Source: a virus (taxonomy: Duplodnaviria; Heunggongvirae; Uroviricota; Caudoviricetes). Taken from it: a stretch of DNA of 64,000 nucleotides. The notes beneath the pieces are model-generated. The model saw nothing but the letters and a program-made list of their open reading frames with translations. It had not been told where the DNA came from and did not search any database. This document shows positions 28,817 through 39,783 of the stretch, in pieces (within the stretch, counting starts at the first letter, position 1; every line of letters begins with the position of its first letter). Location of the stretch: IMG/VR virus record IMGVR_UViG_3300014038_000199. One strand, given 5' to 3'. The translations under genes were made by a program, and so were the position numbers.

Positions 28817-30523
28817 ATGGGAATAGGTAAAGATTTTGATAGTGAAGTTAAAAATAATGAAAGTTTAGGAGAATTTTACACGCCTTTACAAATAAGTAAG
28901 AAATTAAGGGAAGCTACTGCTGGTGCATTAGGGAGTAATTTTGAAAAGGAGTTTGTTATTTGGGATTGTTGTTGTGGTAGATTTGCTTTAACTAAAGGAT
29001 TGCAGACAGATGATTATTCTAATGTCTATTGTTCTACAATAAGGGCAGTTGATATTAGAAAAAGTAGAGCAGAAAAGGGAATTAAATTTACTTATGATTT
29101 TTTGAATGATGACTGTGAGAAGTTGATAGATACTGCTGAGTTTATGTTTGGTGAATATAAAATGCCAGAAAGTTTATTAGTAGAGTTTAACAATCCTAAC
29201 GGGAAACCTATATTATTTTATATAAATCCGCCTTATGCCAATCATAGTATAGCTGGTGTTAATTCTGAGTCTAGGGGCAGTGGTTTCTCAAATAACATAA
29301 TACAAGACACTATGAATGGACTAGGAGCTGCTAGAACTCAATTACTTGCTCAGTTTTTATATAGAATAATGATAATGAAACAGATGTATTCAAATAAAAA
29401 GATTTATATAAGTATAATTATGCCTGATAAATACTTATCTTTGCGTTCTTATAAGGATTTTAGAAGTAAGTTTTTTAAGGAATTTAAGTTTATTACAGGT
29501 AATAGGTTTCCTGCAACAGAGTTCAGTGGTTTATCAAATGAGTTTTGCATAAGTAACTTAGTATTTGCTCCTGTTGAAAATGGAGATATACCTACGAAGT
29601 TTATACTAAAACATTATAAAACAGTAGATAATGTATTTAAGTATCAGTATAATAAGTTGGTATATAACTATGATGATAAAGAAACAGATTATAATGATTA
29701 TATTAAATCTCTTGGTTTTTGTGATAATACCGAGTTAGCACCCTTAATGATGAATAGTGGATCTAATTTATTAACAAATAACAATCTTTATTGGGATAAA
29801 GACTCTATAGGATGTATATTTAATTACGGAACTAGTATAGGTTCTTGTGTATCTAAATTGGGTGCTGTCAGTTTTCCTTTTTCTCAAGGTTCAAATATAA
29901 GTATTACTAAAAGTAATATAAGAGATTTATTGTTGCATTATTCTATTAAATCTATTTCTTTAGCTTTACTTAGAGGCAGTGATTTTAATAATGATGAATT
30001 TTTAATGCCAGATATTAATTCCAGTGCATATAAAATACTAAGAGATAATGCGATACTTGTAAGTTTATTTGCTAATAATTCTCATTTTATAGGGTGTGAA
30101 TTTAATGGACATAGGTATTATAATAAGTTTTTACATTCAAAGGAACTTTATGAAAGCTTAAAAGGTATAAAAGTAAGTTCAGAAGATGCCTTGGATATAG
30201 AAAAGACATTTGATAGCATAGATTGGTTTGTAAGTGATGCATTAAAAGTTGATTTGGAGAGCGGAAGTATTCCAAAGTCTGGGTTAGATTTTTATAATAG
30301 CTTAGAAAGTAACTTTAGATTGGCATTTTCTAGTAGAAAGGAATTTTATAAGTTGCATCCTGAGTATCAAAGTAAGTTTTTTGATTTAGGGTGGTACCAA
30401 GTGAAATTTATAATGAAAGAGTTGTATCCTTTAGAGTACAAAGAGAACAGAAGATTATATAGGGAGTATATAAAAGATTTATTGGATTTGATATATGAAG
30501 CAGGCTTTTTAAGGAGGTTATAG
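28817..30523 (+). CDS. Amino (N6-adenine) DNA methyltransferase with probable TRD, orphan
   Basis: GEFYTP, motif I IWDCCCG, motif IV NPPY. No adjacent nuclease recognised. Confidence 0.8.
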   Translation: MGIGKDFDSEVKNNESLGEFYTPLQISKKLREATAGALGSNFEKEFVIWDCCCGRFALTKGLQTDDYSNVYCSTIRAVDIRKSRAEKGIKFTYDFLNDDCEKLIDTAEFMFGEYKMPESLLVEFNNPNGKPILFYINPPYANHSIAGVNSESRGSGFSNNIIQDTMNGLGAARTQLLAQFLYRIMIMKQMYSNKKIYISIIMPDKYLSLRSYKDFRSKFFKEFKFITGNRFPATEFSGLSNEFCISNLVFAPVENGDIPTKFILKHYKTVDNVFKYQYNKLVYNYDDKETDYNDYIKSLGFCDNTELAPLMMNSGSNLLTNNNLYWDKDSIGCIFNYGTSIGSCVSKLGAVSFPFSQGSNISITKSNIRDLLLHYSIKSISLALLRGSDFNNDEFLMPDINSSAYKILRDNAILVSLFANNSHFIGCEFNGHRYYNKFLHSKELYESLKGIKVSSEDALDIEKTFDSIDWFVSDALKVDLESGSIPKSGLDFYNSLESNFRLAFSSRKEFYKLHPEYQSKFFDLGWYQVKFIMKELYPLEYKENRRLYREYIKDLLDLIYEAGFLRRL

Positions 30524-32034
30524 TGCTGATATTATTTCATAGTGATTACTATAAATTAGTTTGTATTTTAGATAAAGCAACAGGTAAGCTAGCTATAGCT
30601 AGCTATGACATGGTTAAAAAGCATTTTGGTGAAGATTTAGATAAATTAATGAAAAGTTCAGTAGAAATAGACAGTTTATCTGTTAATAATATAGACAATT
30701 ATAAATACTTTTGTAATTGTAATTTCAGTAATAATTCTATAGAAATATGCAGAGGAACTAATACAAGAACCAAAGATTTTTATACTAATAATTTGGATAC
30801 TCCTAAAGGAAAGTTAAAATATACAATTTATAATGAGATTAAGAGTAACAGCATAGATTTTGGTGAAGAAGATACTGAAGATAGTATAGATGACAACAAA
30901 GCTTATGATACTAATTGTGATAAGTGTAAGGGTTTAGGTTATTATATTGAGAATGGTTTGCAAATACAATGTAATTGTTATGAAAAAGTAAAGGAAACTA
31001 GCAGACTAGATAAAGCAATCAATATACCAACTAAAATAACTGCTGTAACTAAAGAAAATTGTGTAAGCATAGGTTTAGTGCCTGAAGAATATAGTAATTG
31101 CAAATTTGATTCAGCTAAGATATTGGAAAATATTAATAAAGTAGGAAAAAGCATAGAGGGGTTTAGAGTAGTAAACTCTGATAAATTTATGGAAACTTTG
31201 GACTCTATATTAATGGCTTGTAAAACAGGCAGTAAGCTTAAGTATAGCTATTTGTTAGCTTGTGATAAAGGTTTGGGAAAAAATGAGTTTGTTTATGAGT
31301 GTATACAATATTTATATCAAAGAAATCAGACTTGTTGCAGATATATAAGTTTACAGGAACTAGGGTCAATAAGAGGAGAGTATATTAAGCAATCACAAGC
31401 TTTAACTAATTTAGGCTACTATTATAGAGATACTGATAGACAGTTATTAGAAAGAACAATAGAAGAAGAGGGGAAAAATATAATAAGGGCTTTGTTAAAA
31501 GACTGGATAAGTGTTGAGCCTAAAGCAAACAATAAAGACCTTAAAAAGAGTATGAATTTACTTGAAAAAACTTTGTTGGATAGAATTTATACTAAGACAG
31601 CTCAAGATGAAAGGATTATAAATGAGTATGAAGATACTAAGTATAGAATAGTAAATACTTGGGAAGATTATTTAACTTATCCATTAGTATTTGTATATTT
31701 CAGCGGTAGCTTAGACAGGCACTATGAAACAGAGGTTTTGCAAGAATTATTAAATATAAGAGGAGCAAAAGCACTGCCAACTGTTTGTTTACTAGAAAGT
31801 TCTTTAGGTATATTTAAGGATGAGCCAACATATTTTGATAATGGTAAGGGAGGAACTGTAATAGATATAGCTAAGACAAAGAGTTATTTTTGGTTGAATA
31901 TGATAAGCAATAGCAGTTGCATAACGGATGGTAATGCAATAGATTTAGATAGTGGTGATATAGAGTATGATAGAATGAAATACATAAATTGTTATATAGA
32001 TTATAAGGGTAGATTGAAATACAGTTTAGGTTAA
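30523..32034 (+). CDS. DnaC/DnaI-like helicase-loader-type protein (degenerate)
   Basis: Zn site CDKCKGLGY...CNC, then VPEEYSNCKFD, Walker A-like DKGLGKN and LLNIRG...LPT. Confidence 0.5.
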   Translation: MLILFHSDYYKLVCILDKATGKLAIASYDMVKKHFGEDLDKLMKSSVEIDSLSVNNIDNYKYFCNCNFSNNSIEICRGTNTRTKDFYTNNLDTPKGKLKYTIYNEIKSNSIDFGEEDTEDSIDDNKAYDTNCDKCKGLGYYIENGLQIQCNCYEKVKETSRLDKAINIPTKITAVTKENCVSIGLVPEEYSNCKFDSAKILENINKVGKSIEGFRVVNSDKFMETLDSILMACKTGSKLKYSYLLACDKGLGKNEFVYECIQYLYQRNQTCCRYISLQELGSIRGEYIKQSQALTNLGYYYRDTDRQLLERTIEEEGKNIIRALLKDWISVEPKANNKDLKKSMNLLEKTLLDRIYTKTAQDERIINEYEDTKYRIVNTWEDYLTYPLVFVYFSGSLDRHYETEVLQELLNIRGAKALPTVCLLESSLGIFKDEPTYFDNGKGGTVIDIAKTKSYFWLNMISNSSCITDGNAIDLDSGDIEYDRMKYINCYIDYKGRLKYSLG

Positions 32035-32055
32035 GTACTTTGGAGGATACATAGA

Positions 32056-32310
32056 ATGAATACTAAAAATAATTTAGATAAAGAGTTAGTACTAAAAGGG
32101 AAAATTAGGTGTAGGCACTGCGAAAAGGAGAGTTTATTATTAAAGTGGGATTTAGCCACTAAGAATAATTGCAATACTAGAGAGCAAAGAAGAGCCTATG
32201 TAAGCTTAGAGCAAAAAAAGGCTTACAGTGGAAATTACATCTACGAGTGTCCTAACTGTGGGGTAGGTACTAATGGTAAGCATATAAAAGTGTTTTTAAC
32301 CAAAGAGTAA
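32056..32310 (+). CDS. Small Zn-ribbon protein
   Basis: CRHC...CPNC. GGAGG RBS. Confidence 0.75.
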   Translation: MNTKNNLDKELVLKGKIRCRHCEKESLLLKWDLATKNNCNTREQRRAYVSLEQKKAYSGNYIYECPNCGVGTNGKHIKVFLTKE

Positions 32311-32352
32311 TAAGAAATAATAAAATATTTAGTTTATTTGGAGGTTAAGTTT

Positions 32353-34434
32353 ATGTATTACGGTAGTGAGAGCGTTAGCTTTTTGAAAGGAGCAGACCCA
32401 TATAGAGAAAGACCTGCTTCTGTACTTGGAACAGATGATTGGCGTGGTATATTGCATGCTATATTTGAGGTAGTTACAAACTCTACTGATGAAGTATCAG
32501 AGGGTTTTGGTAAAGAAGTTATATTAAATGTTTTTAATGATGGTAGTGTTGAAGTTAAAGACTTTGGGCGTGGTGTTCCAATGGGCTGGAACTCTAAAGA
32601 AAATAAGTATGCTTGGGAAATTGTTTTTTGTACTATGTATGGTTCTGGTAAGTTTGACAGTTCCAATTATAAAAAGAGTGCTGGACTTAATGGAATTGGA
32701 GATACAGCGGCTCAATTTACATCTGAATATATGGATGTTATTTCAGTAAGAGATGAGATAAAGAATAAAACAGTTGATAAGAATGGAAAAGAGCATTTAG
32801 AACTTCATAGAGTAAGATTTGAGATGCATTTTAAGAAAGGATATCCTGTAAGTGAACTTAAGCAAAAGGTTGTAGACAGCAGTACACCTACTGGAACTAT
32901 TATCAAGTTTAAGCCTGATATAGAAGTGTTTAAGGGTGCTGAAACTATTAAAATTCCAATAGAGCATTATATAACTAAATTAAGACAAAAGGCTATGATA
33001 TCTGCTGGTGTAAAGTTTATATTAAAGTATGAGAACAGAGAGCCAATAGTTTTATTATATAATGGTGGAATTAAAGAGTATTTAGAGCAAGAGGTTAAAT
33101 CTAAAGTAACAAATGACTTTATAGAAGTCAGCACAGAGGGAATAGGACAGGATAGAGAGAACGGAGAAACCTATAAAGCATACTGTGATTCTTTCTTTAG
33201 CTTTTCTAAGGATACATCTTTATTGGAGTGCTATCATAACCAAGAGGAATTACAGTTTGGAGGTAGTTCCTCAGATTCATTAAAAAGCTCTATAGTTAAG
33301 TTCTTTAATAACTATGGAAAGTTAAGTAAAGATGATAGGCTTATTTGGAAAGATTTTGCTGACATAACAGTTTGTGTACTTTCAACTTTCTGTCCGGGTC
33401 ACCTTACAAGTTGGTTCGGTCAGACCAAAGATGCCATAAATAATAAGTTTATAGGTGATTTAACCAGAGATAGTGTTTATAGGGCTTTAGAGAATTATGC
33501 TTTGGTAGATGAAGATGGTATTAAATCAACTTTAGAATTGGCAAAGGCTAATAAAGAGGCTAGAGAAAAGTTAGAGAAGTTTAAGAAGAACACTATCAGA
33601 GAACTTTCAAAAAGTGCTGAGGGTTATAAAACTGCTCCTAATAAATTAGTAAGGTGTACTGGTAAGAATAAAAAAGAAAGTGAACTCTACATAGTTGAGG
33701 GTGATTCAGCTAAAGGGCCCGTTTGTCTTAGTAGAGATGCAGCTACACAGGCAGTATTAGCATCCAGAGGTAAGATACTTAACTGTCAAAAAGCTACATT
33801 TGAAAAGATTATATCCTCTGATGAAATCCTTAATTTTATAAGAAGTTTAGGTTGTGGTATAGAGAGAAGAGTTGAAGGACTTGAAGAATTACCTGAATTT
33901 GATATAAGCAAGTTAAATTATAATAAGATTATATTATGTTGTGATGCGGACTTTGATGGTAAGCATATTATAACATTATATTTAACTTGTATATGGTATT
34001 TAATGCCGTCATTAATTAAAGAGGGTAAGGTTTACATAGTAGAGCCACCATTGTATGCAATTAGCCATGGTAGAGATGAGAAGAAAAGTACAGTTTATGC
34101 GTATAATAAAACTGAATTAGATAGAGAGATTGAATTACTTACTGAAAAAGGAATAAGCAAGTCAAAAATAAATATTAAGCGTATGAAAGGTTTAGGAGAG
34201 AGTAATGCTTCTGAAATGAGTATTACAATCATGGATAAGGAAACAAGGCGTTTAATAAAGGTGGAATATCCTAAAGATGAAGAAAGATTTAATGTTCTTA
34301 TAGAGAGTTTAATGGGTAATTCAGTAGCTGACAGAAGAGACATTATAGATGTTTATTTTGACAGTGAGTTTGAAGAACTAAGCTTTGATGATGAAGATGA
34401 TTTATACTCCAGAGAAAGTGTTTTAGGCTTTTAG
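32353..34434 (+). CDS. gyrB: Type IIA topoisomerase B subunit (GyrB/ParE)
   Basis: GHKL motifs EVVTNSTDE, DFGRGVP, GLNGIG; TOPRIM EGDSA, SRGKILN, DADFDG; KRMKGLGE. Confidence 0.93.
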   Translation: MYYGSESVSFLKGADPYRERPASVLGTDDWRGILHAIFEVVTNSTDEVSEGFGKEVILNVFNDGSVEVKDFGRGVPMGWNSKENKYAWEIVFCTMYGSGKFDSSNYKKSAGLNGIGDTAAQFTSEYMDVISVRDEIKNKTVDKNGKEHLELHRVRFEMHFKKGYPVSELKQKVVDSSTPTGTIIKFKPDIEVFKGAETIKIPIEHYITKLRQKAMISAGVKFILKYENREPIVLLYNGGIKEYLEQEVKSKVTNDFIEVSTEGIGQDRENGETYKAYCDSFFSFSKDTSLLECYHNQEELQFGGSSSDSLKSSIVKFFNNYGKLSKDDRLIWKDFADITVCVLSTFCPGHLTSWFGQTKDAINNKFIGDLTRDSVYRALENYALVDEDGIKSTLELAKANKEAREKLEKFKKNTIRELSKSAEGYKTAPNKLVRCTGKNKKESELYIVEGDSAKGPVCLSRDAATQAVLASRGKILNCQKATFEKIISSDEILNFIRSLGCGIERRVEGLEELPEFDISKLNYNKIILCCDADFDGKHIITLYLTCIWYLMPSLIKEGKVYIVEPPLYAISHGRDEKKSTVYAYNKTELDREIELLTEKGISKSKINIKRMKGLGESNASEMSITIMDKETRRLIKVEYPKDEERFNVLIESLMGNSVADRRDIIDVYFDSEFEELSFDDEDDLYSRESVLGF

Positions 34435-34568
34435 TGCGAATTATAAAAGGGATATGCGTTTGATATAAACTTATATCCCTTTTAGTTTGCTTAGTTAAAT
34501 AAGTTTTATAATTTTATAGCTTAAAATGTATAATTTATATAAGGTTAAATTTTTAATGGAGGACTGAT

Positions 34569-35432
34569 TTGATTATGAATATTTTGAATGATTTATCTAA
34601 GATACCTGATGGAATGTATTTTAAGGCTATAAAAACTTTAGAGATAATACAGGTAGTATTATTAAACAAAGAGAGTAAGAAGAAGTATAAGGATAGAAAA
34701 GATTTTAATAATGAAAAGGACATAGTAGTTGTAGCTGGAGATAAAGAATACTTAAACAGGTTTTTCAGCAGAGATGATATAGTTAAGAACTTTACTAATT
34801 TGAATGGTACTAAGATAAAGCTAGGCGGTTGGCATTACAATACTAAGTATAACTTATGTAGATTAGTTAATAAGCCTGTGGATATATTAAAAGTACCTAA
34901 CAGATTTTCTGGAATAAAGTCAAGATATAAGTCAAGTTTATTTGTTTTTAATATGAATAATGATAAAATAGATACTGGCAAGTATTATGTGGTTAAAAGT
35001 AAAGGAGACCTCAAGCTTTTTAGGATAACTCATAGAGTTGTAGCTAAGCCTAATATAGAGGAGGCTAAGAAACAATTAAAAGAGAGAGCAACTGTTATAG
35101 ATATGACTAAAGAGCGTATAGAAATGGAGAATAAGACATATAGGAATCCATTACTTGAAAAGAAAGAAGAGGATGTTATCTTAGGTGTTCCATATACTGT
35201 AATCTGTTCTTTATTAAAGAGAAATAATGTAGGAAAGAGTATTAAAGTAGGTTTCAGAGTTAAAAGAAAGAAAGACGGAGTAGAAAGAGATTGTAACTTT
35301 GTAAATGTAAAGAAAATGTGTATAAGCAGAGAGATAGATAATATAACTATAGTGCATGTGGAAGAAACTGGAAAAGAGCATTTTAGAGGTGTTGGAATAA
35401 AGATAGAAAATTTGCCAACAAAATATGTTTAG
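34569..35432 (+). CDS. Basic hypothetical protein between the topoisomerase genes
   Basis: GGAGG RBS. C-terminal segment VGFRV...IDN...GVG..IENLP is shared with other genes in the window. Confidence 0.75.
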   Translation: MIMNILNDLSKIPDGMYFKAIKTLEIIQVVLLNKESKKKYKDRKDFNNEKDIVVVAGDKEYLNRFFSRDDIVKNFTNLNGTKIKLGGWHYNTKYNLCRLVNKPVDILKVPNRFSGIKSRYKSSLFVFNMNNDKIDTGKYYVVKSKGDLKLFRITHRVVAKPNIEEAKKQLKERATVIDMTKERIEMENKTYRNPLLEKKEEDVILGVPYTVICSLLKRNNVGKSIKVGFRVKRKKDGVERDCNFVNVKKMCISREIDNITIVHVEETGKEHFRGVGIKIENLPTKYV

Positions 35433-35494
35433 CTCAAATTAGATAATTTATCTGTAAAGTATATAGGATATATTATAAAGCTTGGAGGTAATAA

Positions 35495-37708
35495 ATGAAA
35501 CTTTGTAAACAAGATATCTCTGATGTATTTTTGAGAAATTATATAAACTATGCTATCTATGTAATTACTCAAAGAGCATTAAGTGATTATAGAGATGGAT
35601 TAAAGCCTGTGCAGAGAAAGATACTGTATAGTATGCATGATAACAACCAGTATTTAGATGCTAAGAATGGTAAGACATATAAGTCTGCTAGGGTTGTAGG
35701 TGATGTAATGGGTAAATATCATCCTCATGGAGATAGCGGTATTTATGGAGCATTGGTTCAAATGACAGATGATTTTGACTACATGATGTTGCCTTTTGTA
35801 AGAGGAGAAGGAAATTTTGGTAGACCTTGGACTTCTGATAGTTTTGCTAGTATGCGTTATACAGAGGTTGCACTTAATAAATGTGCAAGAGAGGCATTTG
35901 ATGGAATAAAAGAAGATGCAATAGATATGGTACCAAACTATGATGATTCTGAAGTAGAGCCTGAAGTACTTCCTATGAAATTCCCCTCGGTTTTAGTTAA
36001 TAATACAATGGGAATAGCTGTAGGGTATGCTTCTAATATGCCAATGTTCAGTATGGGAGTAGTTTGTGAGGCAACAGCTAAAATGATTAAAGGTGAGATA
36101 AAAGACATAGATGATTTAATAGAGTTTATGAGTTATCCAGACTTTAAGACTAAGGCTAACCTACATAAAGATGATAAGGCTTTAAGAAGTCTATTTGAAG
36201 AAGGTAAGGGTAGTTTTAGTGTGAGTGGAACTGTATCATGTAAGGGCAATAAAATTCATGTTACGGAAGTTCCTCCTGCTGTAACAATAGAGAAAATTAT
36301 GGAACAGATAGGAGATGCTATAGATGCAAAGAGAATAACAGACATAGTTGACTTTAAGAACAGTAGTGGTTCTCCCAGTAAGAAAAAGGGAGCAACTCTT
36401 GGAATTGAGATAGAGTTAAAGAGGGGAGCAGACCCAAGAAAGGTATTAACTCAATTATGTAAGTTTACTAGCTTAAGGGATACTATAAATTACAAGCTGT
36501 TTGTTTTGATAGATAATAAGCCTTGTATAATAGGAATTTATGATTTATTGACTAAGTGGATTGAGTGGAGGCAGACAGTAGTACAAAGGCAATATTCTTA
36601 TAAAGCTAAAAGTGAGTTAGAGAGTATACATTTACTTGAGGCTTTTGAATTAATAAAGGCTGATATAAAAGAGGTAGTCAGAATAATAGCCTCCTATAAA
36701 GAGTCCGAAGCTAATGAGATGTTGATGGACAACTATGGCTTAGATAAAGACCAAATAGAGTACTTATATGAAAGAAAGATAAGAACTCTTACTCAAGATA
36801 AATTAGAGAATGAACTTGCAAGATTAGATAAGAAAAAAGAAACTGCTAAGTTTTACATGAGCATAGTAGAAGATAAAAACGCAAGATTAAAATTTATCAA
36901 AGAACAGTTAGAAGAATTAGCTGTTACATATCCTAAAACAAGATACAATAGGATTGTGGATAGTATAAAAACTAATGAAGAGGATGAACTCTTAAATGAA
37001 AAAGTAGAGGATGCTGAAGTTCACCTTTTAGTTACTGCTCGTGGCTATGTGAAAAGGGCAGTTAGCTTAGATGCTGTATTAGACCTACAAGAAAAGTATA
37101 AAGGAACTGATGATGAAATTATAAGGGTAATAAAAACCAATAATCTCGAAAGTTTATTAGTATTTACGAGTGATGGTGAGTGTATTAAGTATCCTGTGCA
37201 TAGGATAGATAATAATAGCCGTTCAAGATTTAATGAGAACATAAAGAATTTGTGTAAGTTACCAGATGGAAAAGAGGTTGTATTCTTTGATTGTAGTGGA
37301 GATTATTCTAAAGAACTATTAATACTCTATTCAGATGGTAGGGCAAACTATTTAGCCTATGAATACCTTAATGGAAAGCGTAGTAAATATAGGAGTTTAT
37401 ATGCAAGCTTTGAGGGAGGTAAGGGCTTAGTAATTGATAGGATAGAGCCGATGTATTTAATTACGGATAAAGATAAGGCTGTATTTAATAATATGTGCGG
37501 TTTCAACAATGCGGATGAGTTAGTAATAGCATTTAAGCCTATGAAGTCTAAGTTCAGAATGGCTCAAATAGGAAATGATACTATTAAAGGTATTGTATAT
37601 AAGAAAGATGCATTTGATATAGATACTAGTGAATATGATAAAAGATATGCTGTTAAGATAAGAACTCAAATATACGAGGGAGACGATAAGTTAGTTAAGT
37701 TATTGTAG
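35495..37708 (+). CDS. gyrA: Type IIA topoisomerase A subunit (GyrA/ParC)
   Basis: RDGLKPVQR, KSARVVG, YHPHGD, catalytic MRYT, GIAVG. No canonical GyrA box seen. Confidence 0.93.
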   Translation: MKLCKQDISDVFLRNYINYAIYVITQRALSDYRDGLKPVQRKILYSMHDNNQYLDAKNGKTYKSARVVGDVMGKYHPHGDSGIYGALVQMTDDFDYMMLPFVRGEGNFGRPWTSDSFASMRYTEVALNKCAREAFDGIKEDAIDMVPNYDDSEVEPEVLPMKFPSVLVNNTMGIAVGYASNMPMFSMGVVCEATAKMIKGEIKDIDDLIEFMSYPDFKTKANLHKDDKALRSLFEEGKGSFSVSGTVSCKGNKIHVTEVPPAVTIEKIMEQIGDAIDAKRITDIVDFKNSSGSPSKKKGATLGIEIELKRGADPRKVLTQLCKFTSLRDTINYKLFVLIDNKPCIIGIYDLLTKWIEWRQTVVQRQYSYKAKSELESIHLLEAFELIKADIKEVVRIIASYKESEANEMLMDNYGLDKDQIEYLYERKIRTLTQDKLENELARLDKKKETAKFYMSIVEDKNARLKFIKEQLEELAVTYPKTRYNRIVDSIKTNEEDELLNEKVEDAEVHLLVTARGYVKRAVSLDAVLDLQEKYKGTDDEIIRVIKTNNLESLLVFTSDGECIKYPVHRIDNNSRSRFNENIKNLCKLPDGKEVVFFDCSGDYSKELLILYSDGRANYLAYEYLNGKRSKYRSLYASFEGGKGLVIDRIEPMYLITDKDKAVFNNMCGFNNADELVIAFKPMKSKFRMAQIGNDTIKGIVYKKDAFDIDTSEYDKRYAVKIRTQIYEGDDKLVKLL

Positions 37709-37779
37709 TCAAGCAATTGAGTTAGAGTAGTTTATTAGCTCTAACTCAATTAGTTTTATTGAGTTTAGAGAGGATAGAT

Positions 37780-39318
37780 ATGAATGAAGTAATGACATTT
37801 GATATAGGTACTCAAGAGTCATTAAAAAAGATATTTGCAACATTATTGATAGACCCGAAGATAATAGGAAATGAACAAATTGCTCATACAAAGTATGAAA
37901 CATATTGTAAGAGCATAGGTTTATTTCTTCATAAATTCCCTGTGAATGTATTTTTTAATGAGTATTACTTTATATATCAGACCTTTAAGGATAGTACTAT
38001 AAGGGTATTTTCTAAAGAGCAAATAGCAAGTTTAATAGCCCAAAATCAAGCTAGTTTACTTAGCAGTCCATTTATAGACTTAAATAAATACGGTAAGTTA
38101 TTAAACGGTAGTACTTTATCTGATAGTGAAAGAGTTGAGTTATTTACAGAGGAAATGTGTGATTTATTAGAGGAACTTACTAAAACTGTAATAACCTATG
38201 ATGAATTTGAGAGTTCTTGTAATCAGTATTTAATAGCTTATAGAAATTCTTATATGTTGCAGACTTCGTTAGCTATGTCAATGATAATGCAACCAGATGG
38301 ATATATAGAAAGATTAAAAAATAACAGGACTAAGTTTTGGCAAGGTGAAGAAGATTGTAATGAGTATTATACCTATAGAAAATCTCATTTATCTCAGTTA
38401 GATGAAGATAAAAGGGTAAGCAGTTTACTTATAGATGAGGACTATGCTAATAAAGAAAATAATAAAGATGCTGGTGGTGAAGATGATGGAGAGGCTTTAC
38501 TCGATTATGGAATTAAAGAAATAGATGAATATGCTCAAGTAATGAGAAGAAGTCACCTTGTTAATATTATGGGAATTACTAAGGGTGGTAAGACAACATT
38601 CGCTACCTACTTAACAGAGCGTGCTTTAAGAAAAGGGTTAAATGTAGCTATTTGGTCTTTAGAGGGTAGTATAAAGGAAAGGCAAGCAATAATAGAAAGT
38701 TTATGTGCTTTTAACCTAGAAAAAGACAGTAGACATGTACCCAGAAATGAAATTTTAAGTAGGTCATACAAATCAAAAGAGAATAGGCAAGCAATAGCTA
38801 ATGCCAGAACAATTATAGCTTCTCCTGAGTATGGAAAGTTAACCTATATAACAGGTACTGCTTATGTAGAGGACTTTGAGAGTGTTTTAATAGACCATTA
38901 TACTAGGGTAAATAAGTTTGATGTACTTATATTTGATAGTCCAGTGCTTATATTGTCAAGATATGGAGAGGGTAAGGTTGAAAGAATAAGTGAAACGATG
39001 GTTAAGCTAAAACATGCAATATCAACTAAGTTTAATTGTTTATGTATAATGACATCTCAAATAAAGCAAGAACATATAGATAAGCTTAGGAATAAGCCTA
39101 ATGAAACCATAGATATTACGGCTGGTAGTGATAGTTCAGAAGTTATAAAAACTCCTGATGAAGTAATAGGACTATTCAGTTCCAAGTTAGAGCGTTCAAA
39201 CGGTCAGATTAAGGTAAGCAATACTGCTTCAAGACATCATGAAACATTCCCTGATTTCTATGTAGGATGTGATTTAGCTATAGGTCATTTTTTCAGCAGA
39301 CCGGAATTAAATGAATAG
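37780..39318 (+). CDS. DnaB-like (SF4) replicative helicase
   Basis: GITKGGKTT, SLEG, LIFDSP, TSQI, SDSSEV, SRH. Start refined to the ATG after GAGAGGA. Confidence 0.75.
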   Translation: MNEVMTFDIGTQESLKKIFATLLIDPKIIGNEQIAHTKYETYCKSIGLFLHKFPVNVFFNEYYFIYQTFKDSTIRVFSKEQIASLIAQNQASLLSSPFIDLNKYGKLLNGSTLSDSERVELFTEEMCDLLEELTKTVITYDEFESSCNQYLIAYRNSYMLQTSLAMSMIMQPDGYIERLKNNRTKFWQGEEDCNEYYTYRKSHLSQLDEDKRVSSLLIDEDYANKENNKDAGGEDDGEALLDYGIKEIDEYAQVMRRSHLVNIMGITKGGKTTFATYLTERALRKGLNVAIWSLEGSIKERQAIIESLCAFNLEKDSRHVPRNEILSRSYKSKENRQAIANARTIIASPEYGKLTYITGTAYVEDFESVLIDHYTRVNKFDVLIFDSPVLILSRYGEGKVERISETMVKLKHAISTKFNCLCIMTSQIKQEHIDKLRNKPNETIDITAGSDSSEVIKTPDEVIGLFSSKLERSNGQIKVSNTASRHHETFPDFYVGCDLAIGHFFSRPELNE

Positions 39319-39328
39319 GAGGTTTTGA

Positions 39329-39595
39329 ATGGGTTTAACTGGTATAATACTAGCTATAGTGGCTATACTAGTAAATGGTATCATTATTAAGAACATAGCT
39401 ATTGATACTACTTATAGAATGATACCTAATATAAAAGAGAATAATAAAATTACTTTAATGTTTTTATTGTTATTTTATATTTTATATTTTATGTTGCGTT
39501 GAGTTTTTGGTATTTATATGTATTTGTTTAGCATAAATATAAAGATAATTACTCTTGAATTTATGATAGATAGAGGGGTAAACAGATGGGAGTAA
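39329..39595 (+). pseudogene. Small membrane protein with an in-frame TGA at 39500-39502
   Basis: GGAGG RBS. The frame continues hydrophobically after TGA to TAA at 39593-39595, which overlaps the next start. Confidence 0.55.
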
Positions 39596-39780
39596 GGAGA
39601 AAGTATATAAACTTAAAGAATTATGGAGTAAGTGAGGTTATCTTGGATGATAATAAAGAAGAGCCTAAGAGTGGAATAAGAAAATCCTTAGATACAGAAT
39701 CAGAGATAGGTTGTTTATTAGGTATTCTACTGATATTTTGGTTTTTAGCCTTAGTATTAAAGTTAATAAAGGAGCATTAA
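39586..39780 (+). CDS. Small C-terminally anchored membrane protein
   Basis: GAGGGG RBS. C-terminal TM segment IGCLLGILLIFWFLALVL. Confidence 0.65.
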   Translation: MGVRRKYINLKNYGVSEVILDDNKEEPKSGIRKSLDTESEIGCLLGILLIFWFLALVLKLIKEH

Positions 39781-39783
39781 GTT

